Source: an uncultured cyanobacterium | GTDB lineage: Bacteria > Cyanobacteriota > Cyanobacteriia > Cyanobacteriales > CAWUOF01 | Reading direction: 5' to 3' | DNA length: 64,000 bases | Assembly (NCBI GenBank): GCA_963744145.1 | Contig: CAVUSO010000001.1 | Coordinates: 1,504,001-1,568,000 of the forward strand | Part shown: positions 28,206 to 38,358 of the stretch, piece after piece | Position numbering within the stretch: position 1 is the first letter of the stretch | How the letters are laid out: each line of letters begins with the position of its first letter | Notes under the pieces: generated by a model | What the model was told of the DNA's origin: nothing | Seen by the model: only the letters and a program-made list of their open reading frames with translations | The model's database searches: none | Position numbers and translations under genes: made by a program

Positions 28206-31052
28206 TTAAAGTTGCAGTTGATTGAGGGCTTCCATCGCTTTTTGATAATTACCCTCATCTCCTTGCTGAGAAAAAAGGTTAGCAGCATTCTGGACATCTT
28301 CAAGGGCACCATGTAAATCTCCAGTTTTAGCTCGAGCTAGACCTCTTTGATGGTAAGCACTGGCATATTCAGGATGAATTTTTAGGGCCTGATTGAAATC
28401 CTCAATGCTGCCATGATAGTCGGTAATTTCATAACGGGCAATTGCTCTATTAAAATATACTACTGCATCCTGAGGATTGATGGCCAATGCTTGGGTGTAA
28501 TCAGCAATTGCTCCTTGGCGATCGCCTAAATCAAATCTAGCTCTACCTCGATTATTATAAGCTACCGCATCTTCTGGTGACAGTTTTATGCCTTGAGTAT
28601 AATCTTCGATCGCTCCGGTCACATCGCCCATTTCATAACGGGCCACACCTTGATTAAAATAAACTACAGGGTTATGAGCATCTAATTCGATCGACTGTTG
28701 GTAATCAGCTATGGCTAATTGGTGTTCTCCCAGACTCGCATGGGCCACTCCTCGATCATTGTAATCATTAGCATTATTGCCATTAATGCTGATTGCTTGG
28801 GTATAATCACCAATGGCTGCGGGATAGTCCCCAATGTATAATCGCTCAAATCCTCGTTTTCGGTAAGCATCCGCACTACTAGGATGCAATAGTGGGTCTT
28901 CAAACCGATTGATTAAACCTTCAATTATGCGCTGATCGCTAGTCCATACGGCTACTTCCCGCTCTGGAAAACTGTCATCAACTGCTAAAAAGTGATAACT
29001 CGAGACTAACCCAAAACTGCGATCGCAGACTAAAAAATTCTCGTTAGTTCCCAGAATCTTTAATTTTAGCTGATGGGGATATTTTTTCCTTAATTCTTCT
29101 AAATCATTTAAGGCATTATAGGCAATTTTGTTTCCTTGCTCATTGATTTGCCATCTAGTTTGATCAATCCGGATGGGTAATTCACCTTGCTCAATATCTT
29201 TTAACTGACCCCACCCTAGCTCAATTTGACCATTGCGTTTGAGGAGAGCTGCAAATTTAGCGATCATCTCCTGGTTAATTGCTGGTTGCGATAACCAGGG
29301 ACAGACCATGATTAATCTTTCTTTTGTTTGATCAATTGCTTCAGTGACAATTCTCCGAATATTAGGTCGATCAAAGACTAGCTGATAATCACTAGGTTGG
29401 ATTTTTTGCAATTGCTGATTAATTTCACCAATATAACTTTGGACTGTTTGATTTACCAATCCTTGAATATCTGTGATTCCAGTTGCACCACTGATGAAAG
29501 CGGTTTCTGGATCTTGCCGATCGTGTTCAATCTCTTGCTGGATTGCGGCGATTTCCGGTTCAGTTTCATTGGCAAAATTGGTTAAGTTACTTTGTAAATG
29601 GGCGATCGCGGTTTGTAAAGCTGCTAGATGTCTTGTCTCTAACCGAATCAAAGATTTCTGAACATGGGAAATATCTTGACGAACCGATTCTAATTCCAGA
29701 CTTTCTAAGGGAGCAATTTGAGTTTTTAGGGCGGCAATTTCTGACTGTAATACTGTAATTTGTTCTGTAATCTTTGCTACAGTTTCTCCAATATTTTCAG
29801 ATGTTTTAGTTGGCTCGGCAGTTGATAAAACTTGCTGTCGTAACTTTTCTATACTCTCAACTATCACTTCATGAACATGAGTAATAGCCTTAACCGAGTT
29901 TTGCCAATTCTCGGCAATTAAATCTTCTATTTCTACTCGTTGTTGTTCTAGTTGAGTTGGGGAAACGATTGATTGAGTGACAGGTAAACTAGATTGATGT
30001 TCACTTACTACCTCAATTTGCGCTTGGAGAGTTGCCGCAGCTCCTTCTAAGTCTTTTAGCCTCTTTTCTAATAACAAATCTGCTGGATTTGGAGTTGTTG
30101 CGGTGGGAGACTCCTGCACCTTGGACGGAACCGCTAATTGGGTGACTGTGTTTTGCAGTTGGGTAACTTTTTCTCCTAACTGAGATAATCCCTGATCTAA
30201 CCCATCTATTTTCGCTACACTAGCTTCTAAACTACTCAGATTAGCTAGTGCAGGAGCGACAGGTAAACTAGATTGATGTTCACTTACTACCTCAATTTGC
30301 GCTTGGAGAGTTGCCGCAGCTCCTTCTAAGTCTTTTAGCCTCTTTTCTAATAACAAATCTGCTGGATTTGGAGTTGTTGCGATGGGAGACTCCTCCACCT
30401 TGGGCGGAACTGCTAATTGGGTGACTGTGTTTTGCAGTTGGGTGACTTTTTCTCCTAATTGAGATAATCCCTGATCTAATCCATCTATCTTCGCTACACT
30501 AGCTTCTAAACTACTCAGATTAGCTGGTGCAGGAGCAACAGGTAAACTAGATTGATGTTCACTTAGTACCTCAATTTGTGCTTGGAGAGTTGCCGCAGCT
30601 GTTTCTAAGTCTTTTAGCTTCTTTTCTAATAACAAATCTGATGAATTTGGAGTTGTTTCAGGTTTAACTACCTGCAAACTTGCATATTCTGCTTTTAATT
30701 CTCCGAGCTGTTGCTCAATAGCACTTAGATCAACTGCTTCTAAAGGACTAATGCGTTTTTCTAGTTCAGAAATTATTTGGGTAGTGCTAGTTTGAGTAGG
30801 TAAAGCTGATAGAGAAGTCCGCAGAGATTCGACTTCTTGGGATAGTCGCTCATCCACTTGGGTAATCTTTGTGGTAGCATCTGGTGCGATCGTTTGCTCA
30901 AAACGGTGACGATTGACTAAATTTAAGAATAAGGAAAGTGACAGCGGTGTTGCAGCATAAGCTACTTGCTGTGATGCTACAGCAACCGTTGACCCCACGA
31001 TCGAGCCAGCAATGGACACATACTCAGCAACATCTAGCCAACTATTTTTCAT
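28206..31052 (-). CDS. Membrane-anchored coiled-coil + degenerate PLD-like + TPR protein
   Basis: Hydrophobic N-terminus, 93-aa repeats, LIMVCPWL...GTNENFLVCD PLD-like segment, C-terminal TPRs. Confidence 0.8.
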   Translation of the reverse strand: MKNSWLDVAEYVSIAGSIVGSTVAVASQQVAYAATPLSLSLFLNLVNRHRFEQTIAPDATTKITQVDERLSQEVESLRTSLSALPTQTSTTQIISELEKRISPLEAVDLSAIEQQLGELKAEYASLQVVKPETTPNSSDLLLEKKLKDLETAAATLQAQIEVLSEHQSSLPVAPAPANLSSLEASVAKIDGLDQGLSQLGEKVTQLQNTVTQLAVPPKVEESPIATTPNPADLLLEKRLKDLEGAAATLQAQIEVVSEHQSSLPVAPALANLSSLEASVAKIDGLDQGLSQLGEKVTQLQNTVTQLAVPSKVQESPTATTPNPADLLLEKRLKDLEGAAATLQAQIEVVSEHQSSLPVTQSIVSPTQLEQQRVEIEDLIAENWQNSVKAITHVHEVIVESIEKLRQQVLSTAEPTKTSENIGETVAKITEQITVLQSEIAALKTQIAPLESLELESVRQDISHVQKSLIRLETRHLAALQTAIAHLQSNLTNFANETEPEIAAIQQEIEHDRQDPETAFISGATGITDIQGLVNQTVQSYIGEINQQLQKIQPSDYQLVFDRPNIRRIVTEAIDQTKERLIMVCPWLSQPAINQEMIAKFAALLKRNGQIELGWGQLKDIEQGELPIRIDQTRWQINEQGNKIAYNALNDLEELRKKYPHQLKLKILGTNENFLVCDRSFGLVSSYHFLAVDDSFPEREVAVWTSDQRIIEGLINRFEDPLLHPSSADAYRKRGFERLYIGDYPAAIGDYTQAISINGNNANDYNDRGVAHASLGEHQLAIADYQQSIELDAHNPVVYFNQGVARYEMGDVTGAIEDYTQGIKLSPEDAVAYNNRGRARFDLGDRQGAIADYTQALAINPQDAVVYFNRAIARYEITDYHGSIEDFNQALKIHPEYASAYHQRGLARAKTGDLHGALEDVQNAANLFSQQGDEGNYQKAMEALNQLQL
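29979..30657. repeat. About 2.4 tandem copies of a 279-bp (93-aa) unit
   Basis: tcactta.tacctcaatttg recurs at 30001, 30280 and 30559. Confidence 0.9.
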
Positions 31053-31156
31053 CTTTCCCCCTGTAAATATAGGCCACACTTAGACTATAATAATCAATTA
31101 CAGCACTAAATTTTAATCAGGTGTCAAGTCGGCTGGCGATACCTAATTGAGAAATC

Positions 31157-33328
31157 ATGGTTAATCTACTACTAATCGAGTCCCCTGGAAAAATTAAAAA
31201 ACTCAGTCAAATTTTAGGATCGGGTTGGATGATCAAAGCGAGCATGGGTCATGTACGCGAATTAGCCAATGATGGAGAAGATGCTTTAGGTTTTGATCTA
31301 AATGGTGATCAGGTAATTTGTCGCTATGAACCTAGGGGCGATCGCGGTAAAAAAGTCCTGAAAGAACTCCAAGAAGCAGTTCGTCATTGTACCCAAATTT
31401 ATATTGCCACTGATGCGGATCGGGAAGGTGAAACGATTGGTTGGCACCTCGCTCAAGCACTAAAATTAAAACAACCTCTCCGGATTACTTATACCGAAAT
31501 TACTAAACCTGCTTTGATGTCTGCGATCGCTAAACCTCACTCTCTTGATCAAAACTTAATCGCTGCTGGTCGTGCGCGGGATTGTCTAGATAAGTTAGTT
31601 GGTTATAAAGGAAGTAAACATTTAGTTTGGGCTTTAAAGAACGGTGCTAAATCAATGGGAAGAGTGCAAAGCGCCACTTTGCATTTATTATGTTTACGAG
31701 AACAAGAGATTTTCAAGTTTAAGCCAGAAAATTATTGGAGTGTTTGGGTAGATTATCAAGCCGGATTTCGAGCTTTTTATCGTGGAAATATTAAGGAAGT
31801 AGACCATCAGATAACTCCTGATGATGCTGATGATCATAGCGATCGCCAGCTCCCAGAGTCAGAACGAGTGCATACTCAAGCAGAAGCCGATCGCTTAGTA
31901 AATATAGCACGTTCTTATCCCCATCAAGTAGTTAAGCTCGAATCAAAAAATACCAGTCAATCACCTCCACCACCTTTCACCACTTCCACACTTCAACAAG
32001 CTGCTGGGGCTAAATTGCGATTTAGTTCAGAACAAACGATGAAAATAGCTCAATCTCTTTATGAAGCAGGCTATATTACTTATATGCGAACTGATTCAGT
32101 CGCACTTTCTGAACAATTTTGTGCTACAGTGCGTCAATATTTAGAACAACATGATCCGGACAATATTCCTGTCACAGTAACCCAATATCGGGCTTCTAAA
32201 AATGCTCAAGAAGCACATGAAGCAATCAGACCAACAGATATTTATCGTCATCCTGAACAATTGCAATTAGCAGATCATGAAAATCATCTATATCAATTAA
32301 TTTGGAATCGCACGATTGCTTCCCAATGTAAACCAGCGCAATTAGCAAAAACTCGGATTATTAGTCAATCGGAGTCGGTATTTTGGGAAGCAAAAGGACA
32401 AGTTTTAATCTTTGCTGGATATACTAAATATTGGCATAATATTAGTAACGATCATGTATTACCGCAAGTCAAAATAAATCAAACTCTCACCGTTAAAGAA
32501 GCTAACTCAGAAAAGAAACAAACTCAACCCCCACCTCGATATACGGAACCGAAATTAGTGCAATTAATGGAACGGAAAGGAATTGGAAGACCCAGTACCT
32601 ATTCCCCGACTATTAAAACTCTCAAAGAAAGAGAATATGTCCAATTAATCAAAAGTAAATTACAACCAACTCAACTCGGAATGGAGTTAGATCGGTTTTT
32701 AGATCAAGCAATTCCAGATTTAATTCAAGCAGATTTTACCGCGCAAATGGAAACTCAACTCGATGCGATCGCATCTGGTAACCTGAACTGGGAGAAATAT
32801 TTAACTAGCTGGAATCGAGATTATTTTACCCCAGCAATTGGTAAAGCAATAGCAGAAATTAAACATTTTCAACCTCATATTAAGCAACAAGATTGTCTAC
32901 CCAACCAAACCGAATCAGTAAAAATCCAGTGTCCTAATTGTGGTAAATTAATGAGCAAAGTATTTTCTAAATCTCCCAAATTAAAAGCAGATCATTTTCT
33001 CAAATGTCATCAAGAAAATCAGGGTTGTGGAACAGTCATGTTTTTAAATGTGAAGACTAAAAATTATGAACTTCCTTATGTTGCACCTAAAATTACTCCG
33101 GAAATAAAAATTACTAAATCCGAGTTATCAACTCAGCTTAAATGTCCAATTTGTGAATCAATTTTAGAAACTCACCCATATATGAAAAATGGTCAATCTA
33201 AGATCATGTTGCGTTGTACTAATCCGAAAACTAGACAAACTAAATGTAAAGAAGTAGCATTTTTTGAAAGTAAAACTGGTAACTGGTGGTCTCCTAAATT
33301 TGGGGAAATGAAAAAATCCCAACTTTAA
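31157..33328 (+). CDS. topA: Type IA DNA topoisomerase with C-terminal Zn ribbons
   Basis: LIESPGK, ATDADREGE, GRVQS, catalytic ITYMRTD, AHEAIRPT, GIGRPSTY; CxxC motifs at the C-terminus. Confidence 0.9.
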   Translation: MVNLLLIESPGKIKKLSQILGSGWMIKASMGHVRELANDGEDALGFDLNGDQVICRYEPRGDRGKKVLKELQEAVRHCTQIYIATDADREGETIGWHLAQALKLKQPLRITYTEITKPALMSAIAKPHSLDQNLIAAGRARDCLDKLVGYKGSKHLVWALKNGAKSMGRVQSATLHLLCLREQEIFKFKPENYWSVWVDYQAGFRAFYRGNIKEVDHQITPDDADDHSDRQLPESERVHTQAEADRLVNIARSYPHQVVKLESKNTSQSPPPPFTTSTLQQAAGAKLRFSSEQTMKIAQSLYEAGYITYMRTDSVALSEQFCATVRQYLEQHDPDNIPVTVTQYRASKNAQEAHEAIRPTDIYRHPEQLQLADHENHLYQLIWNRTIASQCKPAQLAKTRIISQSESVFWEAKGQVLIFAGYTKYWHNISNDHVLPQVKINQTLTVKEANSEKKQTQPPPRYTEPKLVQLMERKGIGRPSTYSPTIKTLKEREYVQLIKSKLQPTQLGMELDRFLDQAIPDLIQADFTAQMETQLDAIASGNLNWEKYLTSWNRDYFTPAIGKAIAEIKHFQPHIKQQDCLPNQTESVKIQCPNCGKLMSKVFSKSPKLKADHFLKCHQENQGCGTVMFLNVKTKNYELPYVAPKITPEIKITKSELSTQLKCPICESILETHPYMKNGQSKIMLRCTNPKTRQTKCKEVAFFESKTGNWWSPKFGEMKKSQL

Positions 33329-33460
33329 TACATGATCACATCAAATTCGCAGTGCATTAGCCTTTTACAGATTATCTCTCTACTATCGGCTCCAATGCAG
33401 TGTTAAATCACGACCAACTTGGCAATTTTTGCCAGCAATCGTAAAATATTACTCTAGTTG

Positions 33461-34932
33461 CAATACGGTTCGGTTAAGCTAAAAATCAGGTAAAATGAAA
33501 GTGTCACCTAAATGGAATGAGTAGGAATGCAGCTCAAAGAATTCACTGTAATATCACCTGTGGTCGAATCAGGGATGATCCTCAAAGCGTTAGAAACAGC
33601 GATTCCATCGACAGCAATTGAAAAAGCCATTGAAGATACCAATAGAAAAGAGGAACGACAAAGAGCATTACCAACGCATCTGGTTATCTGTCTAATCATT
33701 GGGATGAGTCTATGGTCTAGGGGGTCAATGAGGACAGTGTTGAAAAATCTGGTTGATGGCTTAAATGAAGCATGGGTCAGAGTTAGTTATTATTGGCGAA
33801 TACCATGTAAATCATCAATTACAGAAGCTAGACAGCGAGTAGGTGCAGGGGTAATGCGGCATCTGTTTCACATAGTAGTTAGACCACAGGCTACTAGGGA
33901 AACCCCAGGGGCTTTTTTAGGTGAAAAGCGAATTATGGCTGTAGATGGAACAGTGTTTGATGTGCCAGATAGCGACACAAATGCCAGAGTATTTGGATAT
34001 CCAGCTAGTCGTCCTGGAACTAGAGCCGCGTTTCCCAAGGTGCGTTTGGTTCTATTGATTGAAGCAGGAACACATTTAATTGTAGATGCCTTGATCTGCC
34101 CTTACCGAATCGGTGAGCGAGTCAGAGTGAAAAGGTTACTACGGTCAGTCACCACTGGAATGTTATTAATGTGGGATCGTGGATTGCATTCTTATGCAAT
34201 GGTGCAAGCCACCTTGTCCCAAAAATGTGATTATTTGGGACGCATCCCCAAAAATGTTAAATTTCCTGTGGAGCAGGTATTGGATGATGGTTCCTATCTC
34301 TCCTGGATTGCTCCCGACGGCAAGTCGAAAAAACAGGGCATGACCAAAATTATGGTTCGAGTCATTGAATACACTATTGATAATGGCGAAGCACAAACTT
34401 ACCGTCTGATTACCAGTTTGACGGACATCGCTTTATTTCCAGCTTTATTATTAGCCACAGAATATCATCGTCGTTGGGAAGTTGAAAATACTATCGATGA
34501 ATTGAAGGTTCATCAATTGGGACGTAAAACTCTGATTCGTTCTCTTCATCCCCGTGAAGTGGTTCAGGAAATTTATGGTTGGCTCCTCGGACATTGGGCG
34601 GTTCGTTCTCTCATGTTGACCGCGGCCACCTCTGCTCACATCTCCCCTTTACGATTGAGTTTTACTGGTACTCTCAATGTTGTCCGTCGTGCTATTCCCA
34701 AATTTCAGCGCCTTCAACCAGAAGAATTTCCCCTTTTTTTTAGTTGGTTGATCAGGGAAATTTTGGATGAACCAATTCCCAAACGTGAAGGTAGAAGTAA
34801 CCCTCGTGTTATTAAAAAAACTCGCGCCAAATTTCCATCCAAGAAACCAATTCATAGAGGTCAGGGAGTTAAACATGAAACCCTCAATTTTTCTATCCTC
34901 AATACTGCTTAAAGCTTAACCGAACCGTATTG
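33461..34932 (+). mobile_element. IS4-family insertion sequence
   Basis: Perfect 20-bp IR CAATACGGTTCGGTTAAGCT; 10-bp TSD actctagttg (33451-60, 34933-42). Confidence 0.95.
33527..34912 (+). CDS. IS4 family transposase
   Basis: AVDGT, WDRG, YHRRWEVE..IDELK (YREK motif). Confidence 0.95.
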   Translation: MQLKEFTVISPVVESGMILKALETAIPSTAIEKAIEDTNRKEERQRALPTHLVICLIIGMSLWSRGSMRTVLKNLVDGLNEAWVRVSYYWRIPCKSSITEARQRVGAGVMRHLFHIVVRPQATRETPGAFLGEKRIMAVDGTVFDVPDSDTNARVFGYPASRPGTRAAFPKVRLVLLIEAGTHLIVDALICPYRIGERVRVKRLLRSVTTGMLLMWDRGLHSYAMVQATLSQKCDYLGRIPKNVKFPVEQVLDDGSYLSWIAPDGKSKKQGMTKIMVRVIEYTIDNGEAQTYRLITSLTDIALFPALLLATEYHRRWEVENTIDELKVHQLGRKTLIRSLHPREVVQEIYGWLLGHWAVRSLMLTAATSAHISPLRLSFTGTLNVVRRAIPKFQRLQPEEFPLFFSWLIREILDEPIPKREGRSNPRVIKKTRAKFPSKKPIHRGQGVKHETLNFSILNTA

Positions 34933-35037
34933 ACTCTAGTTGTGCTAAACGATGATCACCCCTCTGACGCAAGATTGCCCATAGTATAAACCTCACCATT
35001 ATCTTAATTCTACTCTAGGATACTCAGTTTGAGTATA

Positions 35038-35388
35038 CAACCTATTCCAGGTTTATGAAGTTCATCAAGTTGATCTGTGGGGCAGGGCGGGTTCATTAAG
35101 GTTATTTGTGTGTGGCAAATTCAACGGTGAACCCGCCCCTACAGAGATTCACCAAAAAATCGATCAGGATTAGAGGATGACAAGATTAACAGGATTTGTA
35201 GGGGCAGGTGAATGAATTTATGATCACAATCAACCGGGATTTGTAGGGGCAGGTTCACCAATCAATTCTGCTCCAAACCGATCACGATCATAAACCTGCC
35301 CAACCAACACAGATCACTCACAAGCGACTTTAACCGATCGCCATTCATGCTAAATCTTACTGTACTTCATCAACCACCGAATCCGCTG
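35038..35388. mobile_element. TA-flanked MITE filled with REP-like GTAGGGGCAGG palindromes
   Basis: Imperfect IR; TA at 35036-37 and 35389-90; empty site visible in the repeat at about 37330. Confidence 0.7.
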
Positions 35389-35563
35389 TAGTTCAGAATT
35401 TGGCAATCCCCAAGCCAAAATTACAGGGCGATCGCTTCCGGCACTTGCGCCATAATCGTTAAGTTTTATAGAGATTTTTAGGATCAACAGCGATCGCGCT
35501 GTAACCCTTACGAAGAATTACTAAAAGTTCAGTTTTTAGAAGTGCTGAAAGTTTGACTTTAAC

Positions 35564-36049
35564 TTAACTAAAAAGAAATGGCTTGACAGAAGAAATCATC
35601 CGATCTAATTCAGTTTTGTTATGTTTGAGAAGATCGTGGTTCCATAATTCATCTGTATGATCGGAACAATCAGTTGCAAGAGTCTCTCCAATTTCTTCAA
35701 AACTCTTTCTAAGGTTTCTCTTTAAGTCTTCTGGTTCAGATAACACTCCAAGTATAAATACTCGGTCATTTAAATCTTCTGGAATCTGTTGCTTGACATA
35801 ATCCAATCGATTTTCATCCTGATCAAAATCAATCAGCAATACAATTTTTCTGTTTGGGTATTGCCGCATTGTAGGTACAAAATCATCCGTAAACTTTTCC
35901 ACTACTGTTTTCCAACCACGGACAAATGGCAAAACCTGCATTAAACGCCCATTCAGCCTAGGATGAAGCCAAAATCCGTTTGCCATCTCTGAATTAGCGC
36001 AATCTTCAGGTAACACAATGATATGTGGTTGATACTTGTTAACGCTCAT
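35564..36049 (-). CDS. Small TOPRIM-like protein coupled to ABC ATPase
   Basis: IIVLPED and VLLIDFD acidic motifs; ATGA overlap. Confidence 0.6.
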   Translation of the reverse strand: MSVNKYQPHIIVLPEDCANSEMANGFWLHPRLNGRLMQVLPFVRGWKTVVEKFTDDFVPTMRQYPNRKIVLLIDFDQDENRLDYVKQQIPEDLNDRVFILGVLSEPEDLKRNLRKSFEEIGETLATDCSDHTDELWNHDLLKHNKTELDRMISSVKPFLFS

Positions 36050-37149
36050 AATTCTAGGTCACCAAGAATCAAACTATCTATCAGATCGCCTCCGATAGAT
36101 AGTTCACTAAGCGATCTAATTAAAGTTGGCTCTAGATGACTTTTTCGATCAAGTACAAAGGTATTTTCACTCTGAAATTTTCGGATCGCTTCCTGATTGT
36201 GTGAGGTCGCTAAAATTTGACCCCTATGATTAAACGAGCGTCGTAATGATATAACAAAATGCCCAACCTCTGACAAGGAAAGGTAATTGTCAGGCTCGTC
36301 CCAGAAGCAAAAAAGCGGACCGTAGTATTTGTTAGCAGCTAAGACAATGGCACAAAGAAAAAAGCATTTCTCCCCATCAGATAAATCTTTAAAGTCAACA
36401 TTCAGATTGGTGTTATTCTTTTCAAATCTAACCACCATATTCTTGAAGTCTTTACCAATCAATTCATTCTGGATATCGCTAATATCAGTCATTACTTCAT
36501 GGAGGTATTTGTCAACATCTTTATAAGCAGCAGGATAGCGACTGAGCAATCCAGAAAACCACTCTCCAAAGTTTGAACCGTCTCGCTTTGGTTCCAAAGT
36601 TTCACCGTTAGAGTCTCCAGTCATCAGGCTTGGAATCGGGGCTAAGATGATCATGTGTGCAAGCCAAATTCTGAAAATACGAAGCGGATCAGTTTCTGAT
36701 TGCTCCTGAATTACTGGAAGGGCAATCAGATGCCAATCTACTAAAAACTGAGCCTCACGATTTCCTGAAGTAAGAGTGACTTGAGCTTCTTTTCTGGAGT
36801 AAACTGGCTCTCCTGCGACTAACAATTGTTCTTCAAATACTCGAAGTTCTCTAAAGCTTTCTGGTAACTCCAGTGCCAGGACATACTTGTACAATTTCTC
36901 TTGAAGCAGTACTTCTATTTCAAATCGAATTGGAATATTAAATCTTCGAGGAGCAAAGTCCTTAGATTGAATTAGTTGCCCAACTCTATTGCTCCCTCTA
37001 CCAATGCTCTGAAGTAACTCTAGCACACTAGCAATTGTTGATTTACCTACACCGTTTCTTCCAATTAAAAGTGCGGATGATATTCCCTTGAGGGACAATT
37101 CAAAATTCTCTAGACATCGGAAATTATGTATATACAGCCTTTGGAGCAT
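36046..37149 (-). CDS. ABC-type ATPase (AAA_21/AAA_15 family)
   Basis: MLQRLYIHNFR, Walker A GRNGVGKS, signature LSDGEK, Walker B FWDEPD, H-loop TSH. Confidence 0.88.
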   Translation of the reverse strand: MLQRLYIHNFRCLENFELSLKGISSALLIGRNGVGKSTIASVLELLQSIGRGSNRVGQLIQSKDFAPRRFNIPIRFEIEVLLQEKLYKYVLALELPESFRELRVFEEQLLVAGEPVYSRKEAQVTLTSGNREAQFLVDWHLIALPVIQEQSETDPLRIFRIWLAHMIILAPIPSLMTGDSNGETLEPKRDGSNFGEWFSGLLSRYPAAYKDVDKYLHEVMTDISDIQNELIGKDFKNMVVRFEKNNTNLNVDFKDLSDGEKCFFLCAIVLAANKYYGPLFCFWDEPDNYLSLSEVGHFVISLRRSFNHRGQILATSHNQEAIRKFQSENTFVLDRKSHLEPTLIRSLSELSIGGDLIDSLILGDLEL

Positions 37150-37574
37150 AGGAAAATAACAAGGTGATGTCAGTATTGATCGACAGAAGATTCTTGAAAT
37201 AGTCAAATTACCTCTTGGCACTGTTACCCCAGGAAGGTGATGAAGTCATCAATTGAGTCTTCTTCAGATCCAAAAGTCAGCCGCGAGATCCTTGAGGTTA
37301 TCTATTCTATTCTAGGATACTCAGTTTGATTATAGTTAAGACGTTAAATCCCCAAGCCAAAATTTTCGGGCGATCGCCTCATCCTCAAATCTACATTGTC
37401 ATAACTTTTCCTGAGCGACTTTCCCCTAGCGAGGGCTAGTCCATTAATCACTATTGACTGCCATCAACATAATGTAATATGTAGGGGCGAAGCATTCCGG
37501 TAGATATTGATTGATCAAAAGCAGTGATTTATTTCCGGAATGCTTCGCCCCTGATTTTTATAACTAACAAACCA

Positions 37575-38342
37575 ATGACAACATTATTGACCATCGATCA
37601 CCTGTCAGTCCGCATCTATGACTCAGAAAATAGCATCGCACAGGATGCAGCACAAATAGTCCAAAGCTACTTACAAACAGTCATCTCTGAGCAAAATGAA
37701 GCTAGAATTATGCTCGCAACTGGTAACGCTCAAATTAAATTTCTTGAAAATTTAATTGCTCTGGGTGGAATCGATTGGTCAAAAATTACCTTTTTTCATC
37801 TTGACGAATACTTAGGAATTGATCCTAACCACTCAGCTAGTTTCCATCGTTATTTATGCGATCGCGTCGAAAAATTAGTCAACCCAGGAGCATTTCATTA
37901 TATTAAAGGAGATGTTTTAGAACCACTAGAGGAATGCGATCGCTACGCTCAATTACTAGCAGAACAACCCATCGATCTTTGCTGTTTAGGACTAGGAGAA
38001 AACGGACATATAGCTTTTAACGATCCCGCTGTCGCTAATTTTGATGACCCGCGCACTATAAAATTAATCAAACTGGATCAAGTTAGCTGTCAACAATTAG
38101 TTAAACAAGGACATTTCCCGAATTTGGAATCAGTTCCTCAATATGCTTTTACGATCACCATACCTGCTATTTGTCAAGCTAAAAAAATTATTTGTTTAGC
38201 ACCAGAAAAACGCAAAGCTGCAATTGTCAAATCTATGTTAGAGACAGAAATTAGCACAAAGATTCCAGCATCAATCTTGCGTAAATGTGATCAAGCAACA
38301 TTATTTTTAGATCTAGATTCAGCTGGTTTACTGGAAAAATAG
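37575..38342 (+). CDS. nagB: Glucosamine-6-phosphate deaminase
   Basis: LATGN, FHLDEY, LGLGENGHIAFNDP, PASIL; probable start MTTLL. Confidence 0.88.
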   Translation: MTTLLTIDHLSVRIYDSENSIAQDAAQIVQSYLQTVISEQNEARIMLATGNAQIKFLENLIALGGIDWSKITFFHLDEYLGIDPNHSASFHRYLCDRVEKLVNPGAFHYIKGDVLEPLEECDRYAQLLAEQPIDLCCLGLGENGHIAFNDPAVANFDDPRTIKLIKLDQVSCQQLVKQGHFPNLESVPQYAFTITIPAICQAKKIICLAPEKRKAAIVKSMLETEISTKIPASILRKCDQATLFLDLDSAGLLEK

Positions 38343-38358
38343 CAATTTAGGTCTTCAG

